From: Prorocentrum cordatum
Taxonomy: Eukaryota
Assembly (NCBI GenBank): GCA_963575745.1
Contig: CAUYUJ010000048.1
Span: 496,001 to 560,000 of the forward strand
Direction: 5' to 3'
Length of the DNA stretch: 64,000 nucleotides
Shown here: positions 37,331 to 50,289 of the stretch, piece by piece
Layout of the letters: each line of letters starts with the position of its first letter
How positions within the stretch are numbered: position 1 is the stretch's first letter
Position numbers and translations under genes: made by a program
Notes under the pieces: model-generated
Database searches by the model: none
What the model saw: the letters and a program-made list of their open reading frames with translations, nothing else
Told to the model about the DNA's origin: nothing

Positions 37331-38551
37331 TTGAGTTAGCGTTATTTGTTTGTTTTTTCTCTCGATTGGCGTTCATGGATGACCATGTTCTTCTGCAGAG
37401 CCTTGAGGAGGAGGAGGAGGAGGAGGAGGAGGAGGAGGAGGCGGAGGCGGAGGAGGAGGAGGAGGAGGGAGGAGGAGGAGGAGGAGGAGGAGGAGGGGGG
37501 AGGGAGGAGGAGGGGGAGGGGGGAGGGGGAGGGGGGGGGGGGGGGGAGGGTGGGGGGGGGGAGAGGAGGAGGAGGAGGAGAGGAGGAGGAGGAGAGGAGC
37601 AGGAAACCAAGACGGATGCCACTTGGCGGCCGCTTGCCCCCCCCCCCCCCCCTGGGCCCACTTGGCGCTTCCCGGGGGCGTCCGAGGAGCCTCTGCGGTG
37701 CCTTGGTGGGGCTTCTTGAGGCCGCGTCGGGCCTCACATGGGGCACCATATGGGTACCCTTAGAGCGCTCTGGGCCCGTCTGAAGACTTCGGAGGCTGTC
37801 TTGTGGAGCTCTCGGGATCGTCTCAGGGGCTCTTCGGGCGCTGCAGGGCCGTCTTGGAGGCCTTTCGGGGTCGTGCTGGGGCGCTAGGGTCATCTCGGCA
37901 GCCCCTTGCGCCATCCTGCGACCCTCTTGGACAGTCTCGGGGCTCTCTTGAAGTCCTCTCGGGTCGAGTGCGGTTCATGTTGGAGACCTCTGGGTCTTCG
38001 GACGCGGCCGTCTTGTAGATACCTGGGGCTTTTTGGACCCTTTCGGATGGGCCTCTTGGAGTCCTCTTGGGCCATGGGGCTTCTTGGGCCGTCTTGGGGC
38101 CATCTAGGGCCGTCGAGGGGCCATCTTTTCAGGGAGGGGGTTGGGGGGAGGAGTGAACCAGTCCCCGAGAGAAGGAGGGTGTTGTTTTGGAAGAGGTTAG
38201 CCCCAGACATCTGCGCCCAGATGGTTGATGCGAGTCAAGTGGCACCGTCGCCCATGCTCCCACTTCGCGCTGCACCTCCCCCCCCATCATTGCTCTGACC
38301 TGGGTCCGTAGCTGCCCCATACGCGTCGTCTGCTCTCGGGCCACGTCTTCCGTTCCTCCTCCCACTCTCTCTCTCTCTCTCTTTCTCTCTTTGACTCGTT
38401 TCGTTTTTTGTCTGTTGTTGTTGTTCTCGCTCTCTCTCTCTCCCTCCCTCTCCCTCTATATGTCCTCTCCCCTGCCCCCTCCCGTTGATGAGCGAAGGTG
38501 CGCCTGGTGGCACCAGCCGCTGCCACCGTGGCGCCGGTCGCCGCCAGTGAG

Positions 38552-38689
38552 GCCGTGGTTGCTTCCTCTCGCTGTCTTCCTTGAGCGCTCGGTGGCTGCA
38601 CGGTGACCGATCGAACCAGCATGGTCGCAGTGAATGGTGGTCGTGCGACGGTCCTGTGAACACCAGGAATCGCGATAGAATCACAACAG
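38552..38689 (+). CDS. Putative exon (GRGCFLSLSSLSARWLHGDRSNQHGRSEWWSCDGPVNTRNRDRITT)
   Basis: gtgag|G acceptor, CAG|gc donor, unique island; boundaries uncertain. Confidence 0.3.
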
Positions 38690-40204
38690 GCGTTTTGGCG
38701 ATTCGATAGCAGATGTCAGTGACTGGGGCTGGTTTCGGGCCATGGGTCGACCAAGGAGCGACCGGCGACGACACATCCGCTCCTAGGGCGGTCGAGGGCT
38801 CTGGGAGACAATTTTGTGAAATGGCTTCCGCATCCGAGGGCTGTGTAATTCTGGGGGGCTGAGTGGAGTCTCGGCCCTGGTGATCATGTAACCTGTTGTG
38901 TCCGTGCTAACCCAGCTTCATCTCAACGTGTTCAATCTAACTTGACCCCTTGCTCAATCTGGGTCAACCCGGCCTGACAGCACCCCATATGGTAGGATAG
39001 TTCTCAGCCGCGCCGGCGAAGACCTCCCAGCAGTTGTCCCCGAAGGACGGACGTTTGTTTGATCCAATCGAAGCGACCGCGTCATTTGGAATACGACGAG
39101 AACCCCTCATGGGCTGCGTCATGGCGCGAAATTCGAGGTGGATCTCGACTGGGCTACGAAGGCGCCCCAGGAGGCCCCCAAACGACCCAACATCGTCCAC
39201 GATCCTCGATCATCGAGTCTCGATCCTTGATCATCGATTCTCGATCCTCTAACCTTGATCTTCGAATCTCGAAGTCGACCTCCCTCTCTCTCCCCACCTC
39301 CTCACTCCTTCTTCCTCCCCACTTTCGCCGTGCACTTGCCATTCGAATGATGTGCATGACTCTGGCCTGGCAGTCTCGAGAGCCTGGTGACCTGTATAGT
39401 GGCCTTCTGGGCGTGTTCCGTCCACTTGGTTTCGCCCTTTCTCTGCCACCCGTGCGGAATCACTTCGTCGGGTCGTTCTCGGGGCGGGGAGCGAGGGGGG
39501 GAAGTGAGAAGGAGAGGGCCGTCTCAGAAGGCGGTGGGACTTCTCGGAAGCCCTCGCGACTGCTGAGAAGGTGTTGGTGTCTTCGGGGAAGGCTTAGAAC
39601 ATTTCTCAGAAGTCTGGGGAACTTCCGAGCTTTCTGAGAAGGCCCGCCCCTTCTCATTTCCCCCGGGCACGCCGCCTATTCTCGTCCCATAATGTTAACA
39701 GATTCATTTCTTCCTTGGGAATGGCCAGTTGGTGTGTAGTTTGAATGTCCCTGCCTGATCGTCGAGTCTCGCTCTCACTGGCGCTTCGCCTCGCGCGAGG
39801 GGTGGTCGTGCTCCGTGCAGCCCGCCAGTCTCCGTGATATCGCCTGCGATCTTCTCTGTCATCTTCCGCTGCCAGTGGACTTGTTGCAGGCAGTCGCCGA
39901 TCTGCAGCATTTTCCTAGGACTGGTTACCCTCGGTGACCATGGGTCTGATCCGACTGGACATGACGGTCTGCCTGGGGGGTGTCGTCTCTTTGAGGTTCT
40001 CCCTGGGTCAGGCTGCTGGCTTCCTTCGCCACTGGTGGCGTGTCGGCCAAGTTGTTGTTTTTGATGCGTTCGGTAGCCGTCGTCCCCTATCTTGAGCGCC
40101 TTTATCTTCCCTCTGTGCACCTTCGCTTGCTCGCTCAACTCGGGCGCGTCTGAGCCTGGATCTGCTTGTTTTCGAAAAGTCGGTTGTATGGAAATGAAGG
40201 CCCC

Positions 40205-40384
40205 TACAGTCGGGGCCCTGAAGAAGGAACCCTTTTCGTTGGGAAGGGGCTCCGTGTTCCTTACTTGTTTCGCAGCTTGCCTTGGATTTTCCTTAGATTT
40301 TCGATGCGAAATCGAAGTTCAACTTATGGAAAAGAGGGGCCTCGTTCCTGATTTAGGGCTCCTTAGGTCAACGCCCCGACTGTA
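40205..40384. mobile_element. Tc1/mariner-like MITE (family C)
   Basis: Same TIRs, TA flanks and internal sequence as 13510-13684. Confidence 0.85.
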
Positions 40385-40672
40385 GAGCCCAACCAGCTGC
40401 AAACCACGGGCCGAGCCTGGAGTCGGTCCGCACGCTGGGGTCTGAGCAGGAGCAGGCAGCCACGGAGAAGGACCTAAGCGCCTGAGGGCCTACGAGCAGA
40501 GTTCTTGAGGTACTCTCGTTTCTACCGTGGGCCGCTAGTCGAATGAAGTTACCCCGAGCAGCAGCAGTACGAACAAAGCGAGAGAGAGAGAGAGAAATAG
40601 AGGGATAACGATATGAAGTAATAGCGAGAGAGAGAAAGAGAGAGGGAGAGCCAGAGCCGAGCCATCTGTCAG

Positions 40673-40783
40673 GGGACGGTGATTGCCATCCCGCCGGTTC
40701 CCAACCCATGCTGGTTCTGGCCCGTCGCACAGTACCATGACAGATGCCGACAATGCGTCGACCCACGCTGCCTGCCAACGAGG
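40673..40783 (+). CDS. Putative exon (GTVIAIPPVPNPCWFWPVAQYHDRCRQCVDPRCLPTR)
   Basis: tctgtcag|G acceptor, G|ga donor, phase 0->0. Confidence 0.45.
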
Positions 40784-40873
40784 GAGCATGGAGCAAAGTT
40801 ACGATACGTACACATTCTTCTGCCACACCACTTCATTCACGGCGTCCTCTGAACCTCCGAGCGAGGTTCTGAG

Positions 40874-40946
40874 GAGTCCACTGTACATGAGACATCGGCG
40901 GAGCATTTTCAGTATCTGGCCACCTCCACCGCTCCACGGGGGGAGG
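40874..40946 (+). CDS. Putative exon (ESTVHETSAEHFQYLATSTAPRGE)
   Basis: ttctgag|G acceptor, G|ga donor, phase 0->1. Confidence 0.35.
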
Positions 40947-41554
40947 GAGCGGAGCCCCTTGCTGTCGGACACGAGACGTGACGCCTGAGGCCTCCGGTGG
41001 CGGGCGCCCGACGGCCCCCCCCTCCCCCTCTCCCCGCCGGTCGTAAGAGGTCGGTCGTTCCGTCCCCCCCTTCGCCTCTCAGGCAGCGCCTTTCCCCCCC
41101 CCCCCCCCCACCCCCACCCACCCAGGGCCGGCCGTTTCGGGCCCCGCCGCACTTCGCCGGGCCACGCCAGCGGGCCCATGGTTGATGGATGAGCATGCGG
41201 CGGGCAGCGCCCGCGCGACCAGCGCTCCGTGCAGCATAGTTCGACTAGGCTTAAGCCAGGCATGTTCATCTACAGAGGGAATATTCCAGAAATAGTCTAG
41301 ACATAGTATGTGGACGATTGTTCGACTATGTTTGATTATGTTTGATCATGTTTGGCCATTCTTAATTTTTGTCCAAGCTCCGCCTGTAAGAGGACATGCC
41401 CGACCAAAGACTAGATGTAAGAGTGACCCCTCGCCGGAGTGACCTCTGGTGCGGGCACACTGGGGTTCCCCAGTCGCCGAACGCGATGCGATAGTAGCGT
41501 CTTGCGCGCCTGTGCTTGGTCACCCCGCGGCCCCCCAAAGGCCGCGCTTGGGCG

Positions 41555-42005
41555 CCCGAGTTATCCGGGGTAACTCGGGCCCGGGGTAACTCGGGTTTGT
41601 ATTCCCAGACAAACGAACCCGAGCGAGGTAGCCCTGACCCGAGTTACCCCTGATGATTTGGGGCTCTGTACGCCCGAATTATCCTGGGTAGCTCGGGCCC
41701 TGGGTAAGTCGGGTTCGGATCTCCGAAAAACGGACCCGAGTTAGCCCTGACCCGAGTTACCCCTGATGAGTTGGGGCTCTGGACGCCCGAATTCTCCGGG
41801 GTAACTCGGGCCCAGGGTAAACCGGGCTCGGATTCCCGAAAAACGAACCCGAGGTAGCCCTGACCCGAGCTACCCCTGATGATTTGGGGCTCTGGACGCC
41901 GGAATCATCCGGGGTAACTCGGGCCACGGGTAACTCGGGTTCGGATCCCCGAGAAGCGAACCCGAGTTAGCCCTGACCCGAGTTACCCCGGATGATGCGG
42001 GGCTC
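41555..42005. repeat. Tandem repeat, 113-bp unit, ~4 copies, with internal inverted repeats
   Basis: GCCCTGACCCGAG at 41631, 41744, 41857 and 41970; CCCGAGTTACCCC and GGGGTAACTCGGG are reverse complements. Confidence 0.9.
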
Positions 42006-43563
42006 TGACACGCACCAGAGGCCAATCTTGCCCAGGCTCACGCTTGCGTGCAGCAGACTGTCACCACCCACCAAACCACCCCAATCCAACCCGAAGGCCT
42101 CAATTTGCCCTCCATTTCCAGTGGGGGGGGGGGTCGGGAAACATCGGCAAAAACACGTGTGGAACCCGTCCCCCCCCCCCAACCCGAAAGTCGGGTCTTC
42201 GGGTTATGTTGGGGTGGTCTGGCAGGTATCAGGAGGGGAAAAAACACACAGACACAATTAATCGTCGATTCCCAGGAAAATATGCAAAAGTATGGGCATT
42301 GGGGGGGAAGACGAAAACTCAGAAAATATAGGAAAATATGGGGAATCCTTTTATTTGTGTGTATTTATTTGTGTGTCCTGGGGCCCCTTCAAGGTAGTCC
42401 GACTGGTTCGCTCGCCGAGCACCAAGGAGCGCCTCCCCCCCCGCGCGGTGCCCGTCGCTCGGGCGGCGGCGCTGCCCCTGGCGCTGCGCCCGTCGCTCGG
42501 GCCCCCGGCAAGCCCAGAGCGGAGCCTGTTCGGGAGCCTTGAGACGGGGGTCAATGCAAACGGGGGTCAGCCAGGGCGCCAGATCCTGCAGGATCCTGCG
42601 AAGACCCCCTCTGACCGACCCAGGTTAGCGAGCCGCTCGTGGCCGCGAGGCGGCCGCGCATATTGGCTGACCCGGGTTTGCGAAGACCTGCGGTGCAGTT
42701 TTTGTTTTCCTGCATTGCAGTTTTTGGTTTCCTGCTGACCCGGGTCTGGATTGACCCGGGTCAGAAGATCCCCGACTTGTCGGGGCTGAAGAGACGGGGG
42801 TCAATGCACACGTTGTGGAAGTCGATTATAATGGAGAGGGAGCATGCTGCCAAACAGTTTCCAGATGCTTGAAACATGTGTCAAACACGTCTTACATTGG
42901 TAAAACATGTTGGAAACATTTGTAGAACATGTTTTACACCTTTGAACCACACCTTTAATTCAATAATAGGATTGTTAGAGTGTCCATTGCCACGGCATCC
43001 ACAATGCACACGGGGATCTGAGCGCCATAGTTTGTATTTAGTCGGGCGTCTCTCTCTCTCTCTCCCTCTCTCTCTACAGGAGGAATGTTCCAACATTACC
43101 AAACACAATTATGGGGACGATGTTTCTAGTATGTCTTGACTCTTTTAAGGCTTTTGTTGACACCTTCTTATTTTTTCCGTCCAACATCCCTCTGTAGGAG
43201 GACATGCCACACCTCAGGGTCGTGTTGACACGGGCTTGGGGGTTGGGGTGCTGGGTCCTGCCGAGTCCTGCAGGATCCTGCAGGACTTTGCAGGATCCTG
43301 CAAGGCCCGTCTGACCCAGGTTTGCACTGACCTGGGTCAGTAGATCCCCGAATTGGGGCTTGCACCCACCTGAGCTCGCAGAGGCACCCTCACGCCCAGC
43401 TCGTTCTGCTCGCCGCTTGCCGTCGGCCTGGATATGCCTCCAATGCGCCTTGGCCCGAAGAGTCTTCCTCCGCCCACCTCCTCCCTCTCACTCCTTGCTT
43501 GGACTGCGCCCGCTCCGTCTCACCCCCTCCCACCCCTGTCCCTCATCTCCACTGTTGCTCCTC

Positions 43564-43743
43564 TACAGTCGGGGCCCTGAAGGAGGAACCCTTATCGTTG
43601 GAGAGGGGCTCGGTGTTCCTTGATTGTTCTGCAGTTTGCTCTCTGTTTTCCTGAGGTTTTCCATGGGAAATGAAAGTTCAACTTATGGGAGAAAGGGGCT
43701 CCGTTCCTTATTTAGAGTTCCTTAGGTCAACGCCCCGACTGTA
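43564..43743. mobile_element. Tc1/mariner-like MITE (family C)
   Basis: Same TIRs, TA flanks and internal sequence as 13510-13684. Confidence 0.85.
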
Positions 43744-44147
43744 TCCGTCTCCGCCTCCACCCCGCTCCTCTCACTCCTCCCCCATCATTCCCGCCCCCGC
43801 CTCCCTCCCCGCGGAGACACGGCGACGGCGGCGACGGCGGCGGCTGTCCCCGCCCGCAGGAGAGAACCCTGGACAGCCTGGAGGCCGAGAGGGCCCGCCT
43901 CGCTCAGGAGCCCCCTATCGTCATCGTCGTCGTCGGCATACTGCTCATCACGCCTCTTCGTCGTCGTTCCCATCAGCGTCACCGCCATCGTCGCCATCAC
44001 AGCATCATCGTCTCGGGCTCCACGCGAGACGGTACGCTGCCGTGAGAAAGGCCCGGTGTGAACTCAGAAACAAGTTGGCGGAGGGTCGTCAGGTCAGAAA
44101 AAAAACATGAGCGCCATCATCATCACCAGTCGTTCTTCATCATCAGA

Positions 44148-44500
44148 TTTGAATATTGGGGAAGTCTTGAGCGGGGGAGCTCGGTTCGTGAGTGCGTCGT
44201 GGAGAACTCTCGAGCGGCAGCCCCCTCCTTATGGGGTCCCCGCCTTCATGTTCGAAGCCGAGCGGGGTCATCAAAACCTAGTGGTTGTCGTTACTCTAGG
44301 GCTCCCCAGGCCTGAATCTGGAGGACGTCTCGAGCGGGACGAGGAAGTCTCCAGCGGGAGCCCTCTCCCTGTGGGGTCCCCGCCTCCATGGTCGTATCCG
44401 AGCGGGCCATCTGCTTACGCTTGCAGGCATCATATTCGAGCCCCCGAGGGGGGCAAGACGTGGGGGAGTCTCGAGCGGGAGCCTCGAGTGTGCGAGTCGC
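44148..44500 (-). repeat. Degenerate inverted copy (~2 units) of the 159-bp satellite
   Basis: TTGAATAT...GAAGTCT.GAGCGGG...TATGGGG...TTCATGTT.GAA.CCGAGCGGG matches the reverse complement of the satellite unit. Confidence 0.8.
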
Positions 44501-44519
44501 GAGGCAGTCACGAGCGGGC

Positions 44520-45290
44520 GCCGTGGGCGCACAGGTCCCACGAGTCCCGTGGGCGCCATGGGCGCACAGGTCCCACAGGTCCAACATAGGCCGCAGCGAG
44601 CCTCACAGGGGCCCACGCTCCCCACGGGCCGCACAGATCCAACGGGTCCCACACGGCGCGCCGGTCCCAAAGGCCCCACAGGCCCACAGGTCACGCAGGT
44701 CCCGCAGGCGTCGCAGATTTCACAGGTCTCACAAGCCCTCCCCGGTCCCAAAGGTCGGAGAGGTCCGACGGGTGCCGCGGGCCCCACAGGTGTCAGAGGC
44801 CTCACAGGTCCTGCAGGCCCCGCGAGTCCCATCCCACACGTCCTGCAAGGTTCGCAGGTCCTGACGGGCCAACAGACCCCGCAGGCCGCACACGTTCCAC
44901 GGGCCCCACAGGTGTCACGGGGCTCACAGGCTCCACAGGTCCCACAAGTTCCAGAGGCCCCCTGAAATGGGCAAGCGCTTGTTACCCGAAAGTTTGCAAC
45001 ATTTTGCGGGGGGGCAGCCTGGGTTCCCCGATGTGTTTTTGTCTTCCGGAATCCGTGTAGCCAGCGGGCGCCCATCCCAGGGGGGTGACATGGGCACCCG
45101 CTGGTGACCCGAAGCTCGGGGACATTCGGGTGCCCCAGGTCCCACAGGTCTCGCAGGTCCCTCGGGTCCCACGGGCCTCGCAGGCCCCAGAGGTCGCACC
45201 GGCCCCGCAGGGCGCACCTGTCCCACGGGTCGCACAGGTGCCACAGGCCCCACGGTTCTCGAACACCCCACGGGCTCCAAAGGTCTCGGC
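44520..45290. repeat. Degenerate 9-bp (CCCACAGGT)n arrays
   Basis: 9-nt periodicity yields GPT/PQV pseudo-repeats in several frames; interrupted at ~44965-45130. Confidence 0.8.
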
Positions 45291-45903
45291 TGCCTGACGG
45301 GTCGGGCCCTGCCATCCCGGCGCCTTGGCATCATCACCATCGTTTGTCGTCGATGACGACGACTCTCATGAGCGCCAAGAGAGTTCCCATGCGGGGTCGT
45401 TTCGTCGGAGTAGTTACCCTGTTGTAGTTCGCAATATTCGAGTCTGTATTGTTTCAGTATAACAGTTCACGTCATGTTACGTTGTGTTCCCATCTGTCAT
45501 CGTCAAGTTACGTTGTGTTCCCATCTGTCAGATGGTAGTACTACGTTATGCCATGCTATCATTTCTTACGTGCAAATCTTTCCCATGCTATACGACTCAG
45601 CAGTATGATGTTGAGTTGTGGAATTGCATGTTTTGGGATACGCTCTTTGATGTTCGATTGTGTTCGGTCTCATCTCCCCTACTGCTATCTAGCTGCCTAC
45701 CGCAAGTCCCGCCACTGTGTCAGACCTGGCATCAAATGATTGATATGATACGTGCGCCCGTGTCTGCCGTGTGTTATGTCTGCCGTTACTCATGCCTATT
45801 TGTTCATGCGTCGTGGCGCCTGGACGGCGTGACGCCTCCCCCTCGGGGCTGTCTGGTATGCAAGGCATCGTCATTCGTCGAGGACGCGAAGCGGGATATT
45901 CAG

Positions 45904-45959
45904 GGACTCCCCGGAATCCTTGGGTTTGGCGACAGCGGTACGGTGTCGTCATCGTCGAG
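45904..45959 (+). CDS. Putative exon (GTPRNPWVWRQRYGVVIVE)
   Basis: tattcag|G acceptor, GAG|gt donor, phase 1->0. Confidence 0.4.
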
Positions 45960-46342
45960 GTCGCCAGGCGGGATAGTCAGGGATTCCTGGGATCTTGCAG
46001 GTTTGGGCGACCGCGGTATGCAGGGTGGGCACACGGGAGCCCTTTCTTTACAGTCTGTCAGCCCCAACTTGTCGGGTGGGGGAACTCATCGTCGTCGTCA
46101 GCATTATCCCTTTTTGTCGTCGTCCTCCCTTGCTTTCTTCCTCTTCCCCTGGTCGTCCTCCTGCATGCGACCGGCAGGACCGGGAGCGCACCCAGAAGCG
46201 TTTGGAGGACCACCCCGCTCCGCTCGGCTCCGCTCCAGACGCCTGCCCTCCGCACACCTCGCCGGGGCCCCACCTGAGCCTCGCCCTTCTCCTCCTGGTC
46301 CCCACCTCCTCCCCTCCTGCTCGTCCTCGTCATTATTCTCAG

Positions 46343-46399
46343 GGTGCTGCTGTGTGTAGAGCAGGTGTGTTCCTGATCCCGGTCAGACCTGTCGGCCAG
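46343..46399 (+). CDS. Putative exon (GAAVCRAGVFLIPVRPVGQ)
   Basis: ttattctcag|G acceptor, CAG|ga donor, phase 0->0. Confidence 0.35.
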
Positions 46400-47208
46400 G
46401 ACGCATCTTTATTTGGCTTTCCAGAGTCGATTGCTATTCTAGAAGCTTCGCGTAACCCCACCAGCCCAGACGAGTTGCCCTGATCAGGGATGTGGAGGAG
46501 CATGCATTGGAATGACGTACTGGGAAAGACGTCATAGTGGGAGGATGGTGGAGGAATCGGAGGAGGAGCAGGAGGAGGAAGAGGAGGAGGAGGAGGAGGA
46601 GGAGGAGGAGGAGGAGTAGGAGCAGGGAGAGGGGGAGGGGGAAGAGGGTGGAAGAAGGATGAGGAATAGGCGGATGAGGAATATGTGAATGAGGAGGGGA
46701 ATGAGGAGACGCAGGAGGAGGAGGAGGGCGAGCAGAAAGGCCAGAGGCCTCTTGGGGCATCTTGGGGGACTCTTGGCAGTCCTGGGGGCCTTTTGGGGCG
46801 TCTTGGGTGCTTCTGGGGGGCCGCTGGGGTCCTCTTGAGGGTCTCTTAGGGGCCTCTTGGGGGAATCCTGGGGGCCTCTTGGGGCCTTCTGGGCACCTCT
46901 TGGGGCTGTCTTGGACACCTTTGGGAACCTCGGAGGCCATCTTGGGGCCATCTAGGCGGCGTTCGATCAAAGAAGGACGGCACCAGGGGTCCAAACCCGT
47001 AGTAACATCAATGATTCCGGCCTTCTCGCCGAGGCCATCTTGGACGCTCCAACGACCCGCGACCTCCCCCTCTGGGTCCAGGGGGAGGGTAATTCGAGGG
47101 AGGGGTCAAGACACCCTCCCCGCCCGCAAGCTGCCTCGCTCCCTTCCACCCGCCCTGCCAACACAGACGTAGCACCCGGGCCTCAACATGCTCAGCGGTC
47201 TTGTACAG

Positions 47209-47283
47209 ATGGGCAGCTACTGGGAACCAATGCCTTGGCATCGCTCGGACGTGTGCATTTTTCCTTCGGCGAGGGCCATCGAG
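47209..47283 (+). CDS. Putative exon (MGSYWEPMPWHRSDVCIFPSARAIE, or alternative frame)
   Basis: ttgtacag|A acceptor, GAG|ga donor, 75 nt. Confidence 0.3.
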
Positions 47284-48109
47284 GAACATCCCTGACCATT
47301 TGGCGAAAAAAACACGCACGAAACCGCAAAAATACAAAAAATGGATTTCCGAGCGATGGCGAGGTGCAGACCCCACGCGTGCGGTGGGGCGCGGGGCGCC
47401 AGGCGTGCCGGGCGCTCCAGGTCTGCCAGGCGCTCCAGGTGCGCCGGGCACCCCCCGGGGCCCAGGCGTGCCAGGCGCGCCTCGCGCGCCAGGTGCGCCA
47501 GATGCGCCACGTGCGGGGGAACGTAAGACTCGGGTAAGCCGGAACTCGGGTTTGCCGACGTTTTTGGACGAGCGCGTCGCGGATGTTGACGGTCCAGTTT
47601 TCGTGGGATGTTTGCAGTGGGAGCTCGTGTCAAATTTCAGATTGCGTCTCGTCGTTTTTATGATGGACCCCGTCAGGCCAACCCGCGTCCCCCGTACCCG
47701 AGCCTTACGTCTCCCCGACACGTGCTCCACGTGCGCCATGCGTGCCGCGTGGTCCAGGCGCGCCCGGTACGCCACGTCTGGGGCACGCGCAGAGCGTGCC
47801 AGGTGCGCCCGCGCACGTGACAGCACGCATCGGGGAACATGTCGGCCCCCACCATCCTGCACACAGCGGGCAATATGCCAGCACCCCCCCTGCCCTTGTC
47901 AAACACCCATGGACAGTGATCGCGGGGCGGCCGCGCATGATCTAGATTTAGCCGCGAAGTGCATGCTGTATCGAAGACGCCTACGGCGAAACACCGCCGC
48001 CCCCTGCCTTTTTGGAAGCGCCTGTGTGGCCGAGCGTTGAGGCCAGACCTGCCAAGCTGTCGGACCATGTGTTCCCCGAGTCGGTTTGGAAAGCCTTCGG
48101 GGAACACGT

Positions 48110-49330
48110 TGGGCATCTTGAAGGTCATCTTGGCCGTCTGGAGGCCATTTTGACCCTTTGGGGCCTTCTTGGAGGACGTCTTGGAGGGCTCTTGGACCGT
48201 CTTGGAGGCCATCTTGGGCGTCTTGGAGACCTCTTGGGCCGTCTTGGGAGCCTCTTGGGGCCGTGTCTTGGGCCTCTTGGGCGATCTTTGGGGGCACTTG
48301 GGCCATCTTGGGCCGTCGGAAGGCAGAAAAAAAGCAAATGCCACAATCCTTCAAACACCAATGGACAATTAATGATTTTGACCTTTTCGGGCCTTCCTGG
48401 AGGCCCTCTTGGAGGCCTCTGGGGGGCCTCTTGGGCCGTCTTGGGCCGTCTTGAACTCTCTTGGGCCGTCTTGGAGGTCGTCTTGGACCATCTTGGGCGG
48501 ACTTGGAGGCCATCTTGGGCCATCTTCGCGATGTTTTGAGGATGCCCCGAGCGAAACGGCCGTTTTTGGAGCCGTCTTGGAGGATTTTGTGTGCACGTTG
48601 GGGTCCTGGAAGATGAATCGACAGGGGGCGGCGGGCCCTGATGGCCTTCGGCCCATCCCGCCACCGTCCCTAGGTTGTGGGTATGAAGCCTACTCGATAT
48701 TCGCTGGGATCTCATGGGAGGCCTCTCAGGGGTCTTGGAGGCAGTTTGGAGGCCTCTTGGCGGCCGTTCTGGGGCCTCTCGTGGCATCAGATGGGACTCT
48801 TGGGGGCCTCTTGGGACCTCCTCGATGCTTCTCGGGCCTCCTGATGGCCTCTAAGGGCGGAAGGTTTGGATTTTCGGTGCATGTTCCCTCTCTTGGGCCT
48901 CTTCTGGGGCCGTCTTGGGCCGTCTTGTGTGGCTCTTGAGACGCCTTGGGGCGCTCTTAGGCCGTCTTGGGGCCCTCTTGGAGGCCTCTTGAGCCGTTTT
49001 AGGAGTGGTCTTGTGGGCCTCGTGGGCCGTCAGGCTTTCAACAACTTACGGAAATCAATGATTTCTGCCTCGTGAGGTCCTCTTGGGAGGTCTCTTGGAG
49101 CGTCTTGGAGGCCTCTTGGGTCGTCTGGAGTCCATGCTGCGCGTCTTGGGGCGATCTTTCAGCGACTCGGGGCCATCTTGGACCGTCCTGGGGGCCTCGA
49201 GGGGCCCTGTTGACTCGTCGTGGAGCCCTCTTGGGACCCCAAGATTCACTAGCCACCGCGCGGGGGAGCCCAAGGAGCACACCAGGAGCCCAGCCAAATT
49301 TTGGATTTTTTGGTCCAGCCCCTTAAAAAC
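48110..49330. repeat. CTCTTGGGGC/GTCTTGG-rich interspersed repeat (representative copy)
   Basis: Same low-complexity family at ~7010-7880, 10520-11040, 12010-12330, 33510-33910, 34470-35220, 37630-38130, 46745-46950 and 57335-58620; inverted at 59640-59800 and 62950-63110. Confidence 0.85.
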
Positions 49331-49453
49331 TCTTCAGGACTGAGGACTGAGGCTCCAGGGATTCGGCAAAGGACCTGAGGACACGCCCACTCCGTGCCCA
49401 GAGGCACGGTGGCGGATTGGGACGGTGGCTTTGCGCAAAGCAGGCGATATGAG

Positions 49454-49500
49454 GGCATCCCCGCCGTCCCGGTCAAACCTCAATGCAAAGTGCTCGAGGG
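49454..49500 (+). CDS. Putative exon (GIPAVPVKPQCKVLEG)
   Basis: atgag|G acceptor (or cag|G at 49444), G|gc donor. Confidence 0.3.
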
Positions 49501-50289
49501 GCCCACGAGCATGACCCAAGATTTTGCCCCAAAGAGTGTGTGTGTGTGTGTGTTTGTATGCGTGTGTGTGTGTGTGTGTGTGTTCGTATTGTTGGATGCC
49601 CGGCGCCTGGGAGAGGAGGGGGTGTTCATTCACAGGGAACAGTGAGAAACCTTCCCCGAAGGGGGACAAGGGGGGTTGGAAGAGGAAACGTTCTACGCCA
49701 CTCGCGTCCCAAAGGGCTGGTGACATTTTTCTGCATGGTGGTGGTGCCCCCCGCCCCCACCCGATTGAGATGTGTGTATATATATATACTCACATGTATG
49801 TGTACAGATTTGGAGAGAGAGAGAGAGAGAGAAAGAGGAAACAAAACAGAGAGAGAAGAGAGAGGAGAGGGAGGCGGAATGAGAGTGCAGAAGAAAGTGT
49901 GCACAGCCTGGGGCTGAATAGTACATTTCCATCGTGCATCCAGTCAGCACCATGGCACGCTATCGGAGTTTGTGGGGCATGTGAACCATAAGAGTGAGGC
50001 CGAGAGTCAGAGAGTCCTTGCTGGAAACGCTGTGTGGACTCGCTGCAGATTCTGCCTTGACCTCTGCACTCTGTCCAGTTACCCCCGGGTCAGTCCGCCG
50101 TGGGTTTCGACCCAACTCCGAACCAATCCCGCTTCCCTCCGCATCCATCCCCACGGTGGCCTGATCTCTTGAGAGTGCCCGCCCCTCAAAAAAACGATCT
50201 CTTGATCTATCTGATCTCTGTCTCTCTGATCTCTTGCGTCCTACTCTGTCTTCTCCTCCTTTGCTTCACTCATCCGACTTCCCTTCCCT

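Noticed and set aside
44520..45290. Collagen-like gene (GPT repeats)
   Set aside because: A 9-bp minisatellite gives G-X-Y only in shifting frames; there is no continuous frame or signal peptide.
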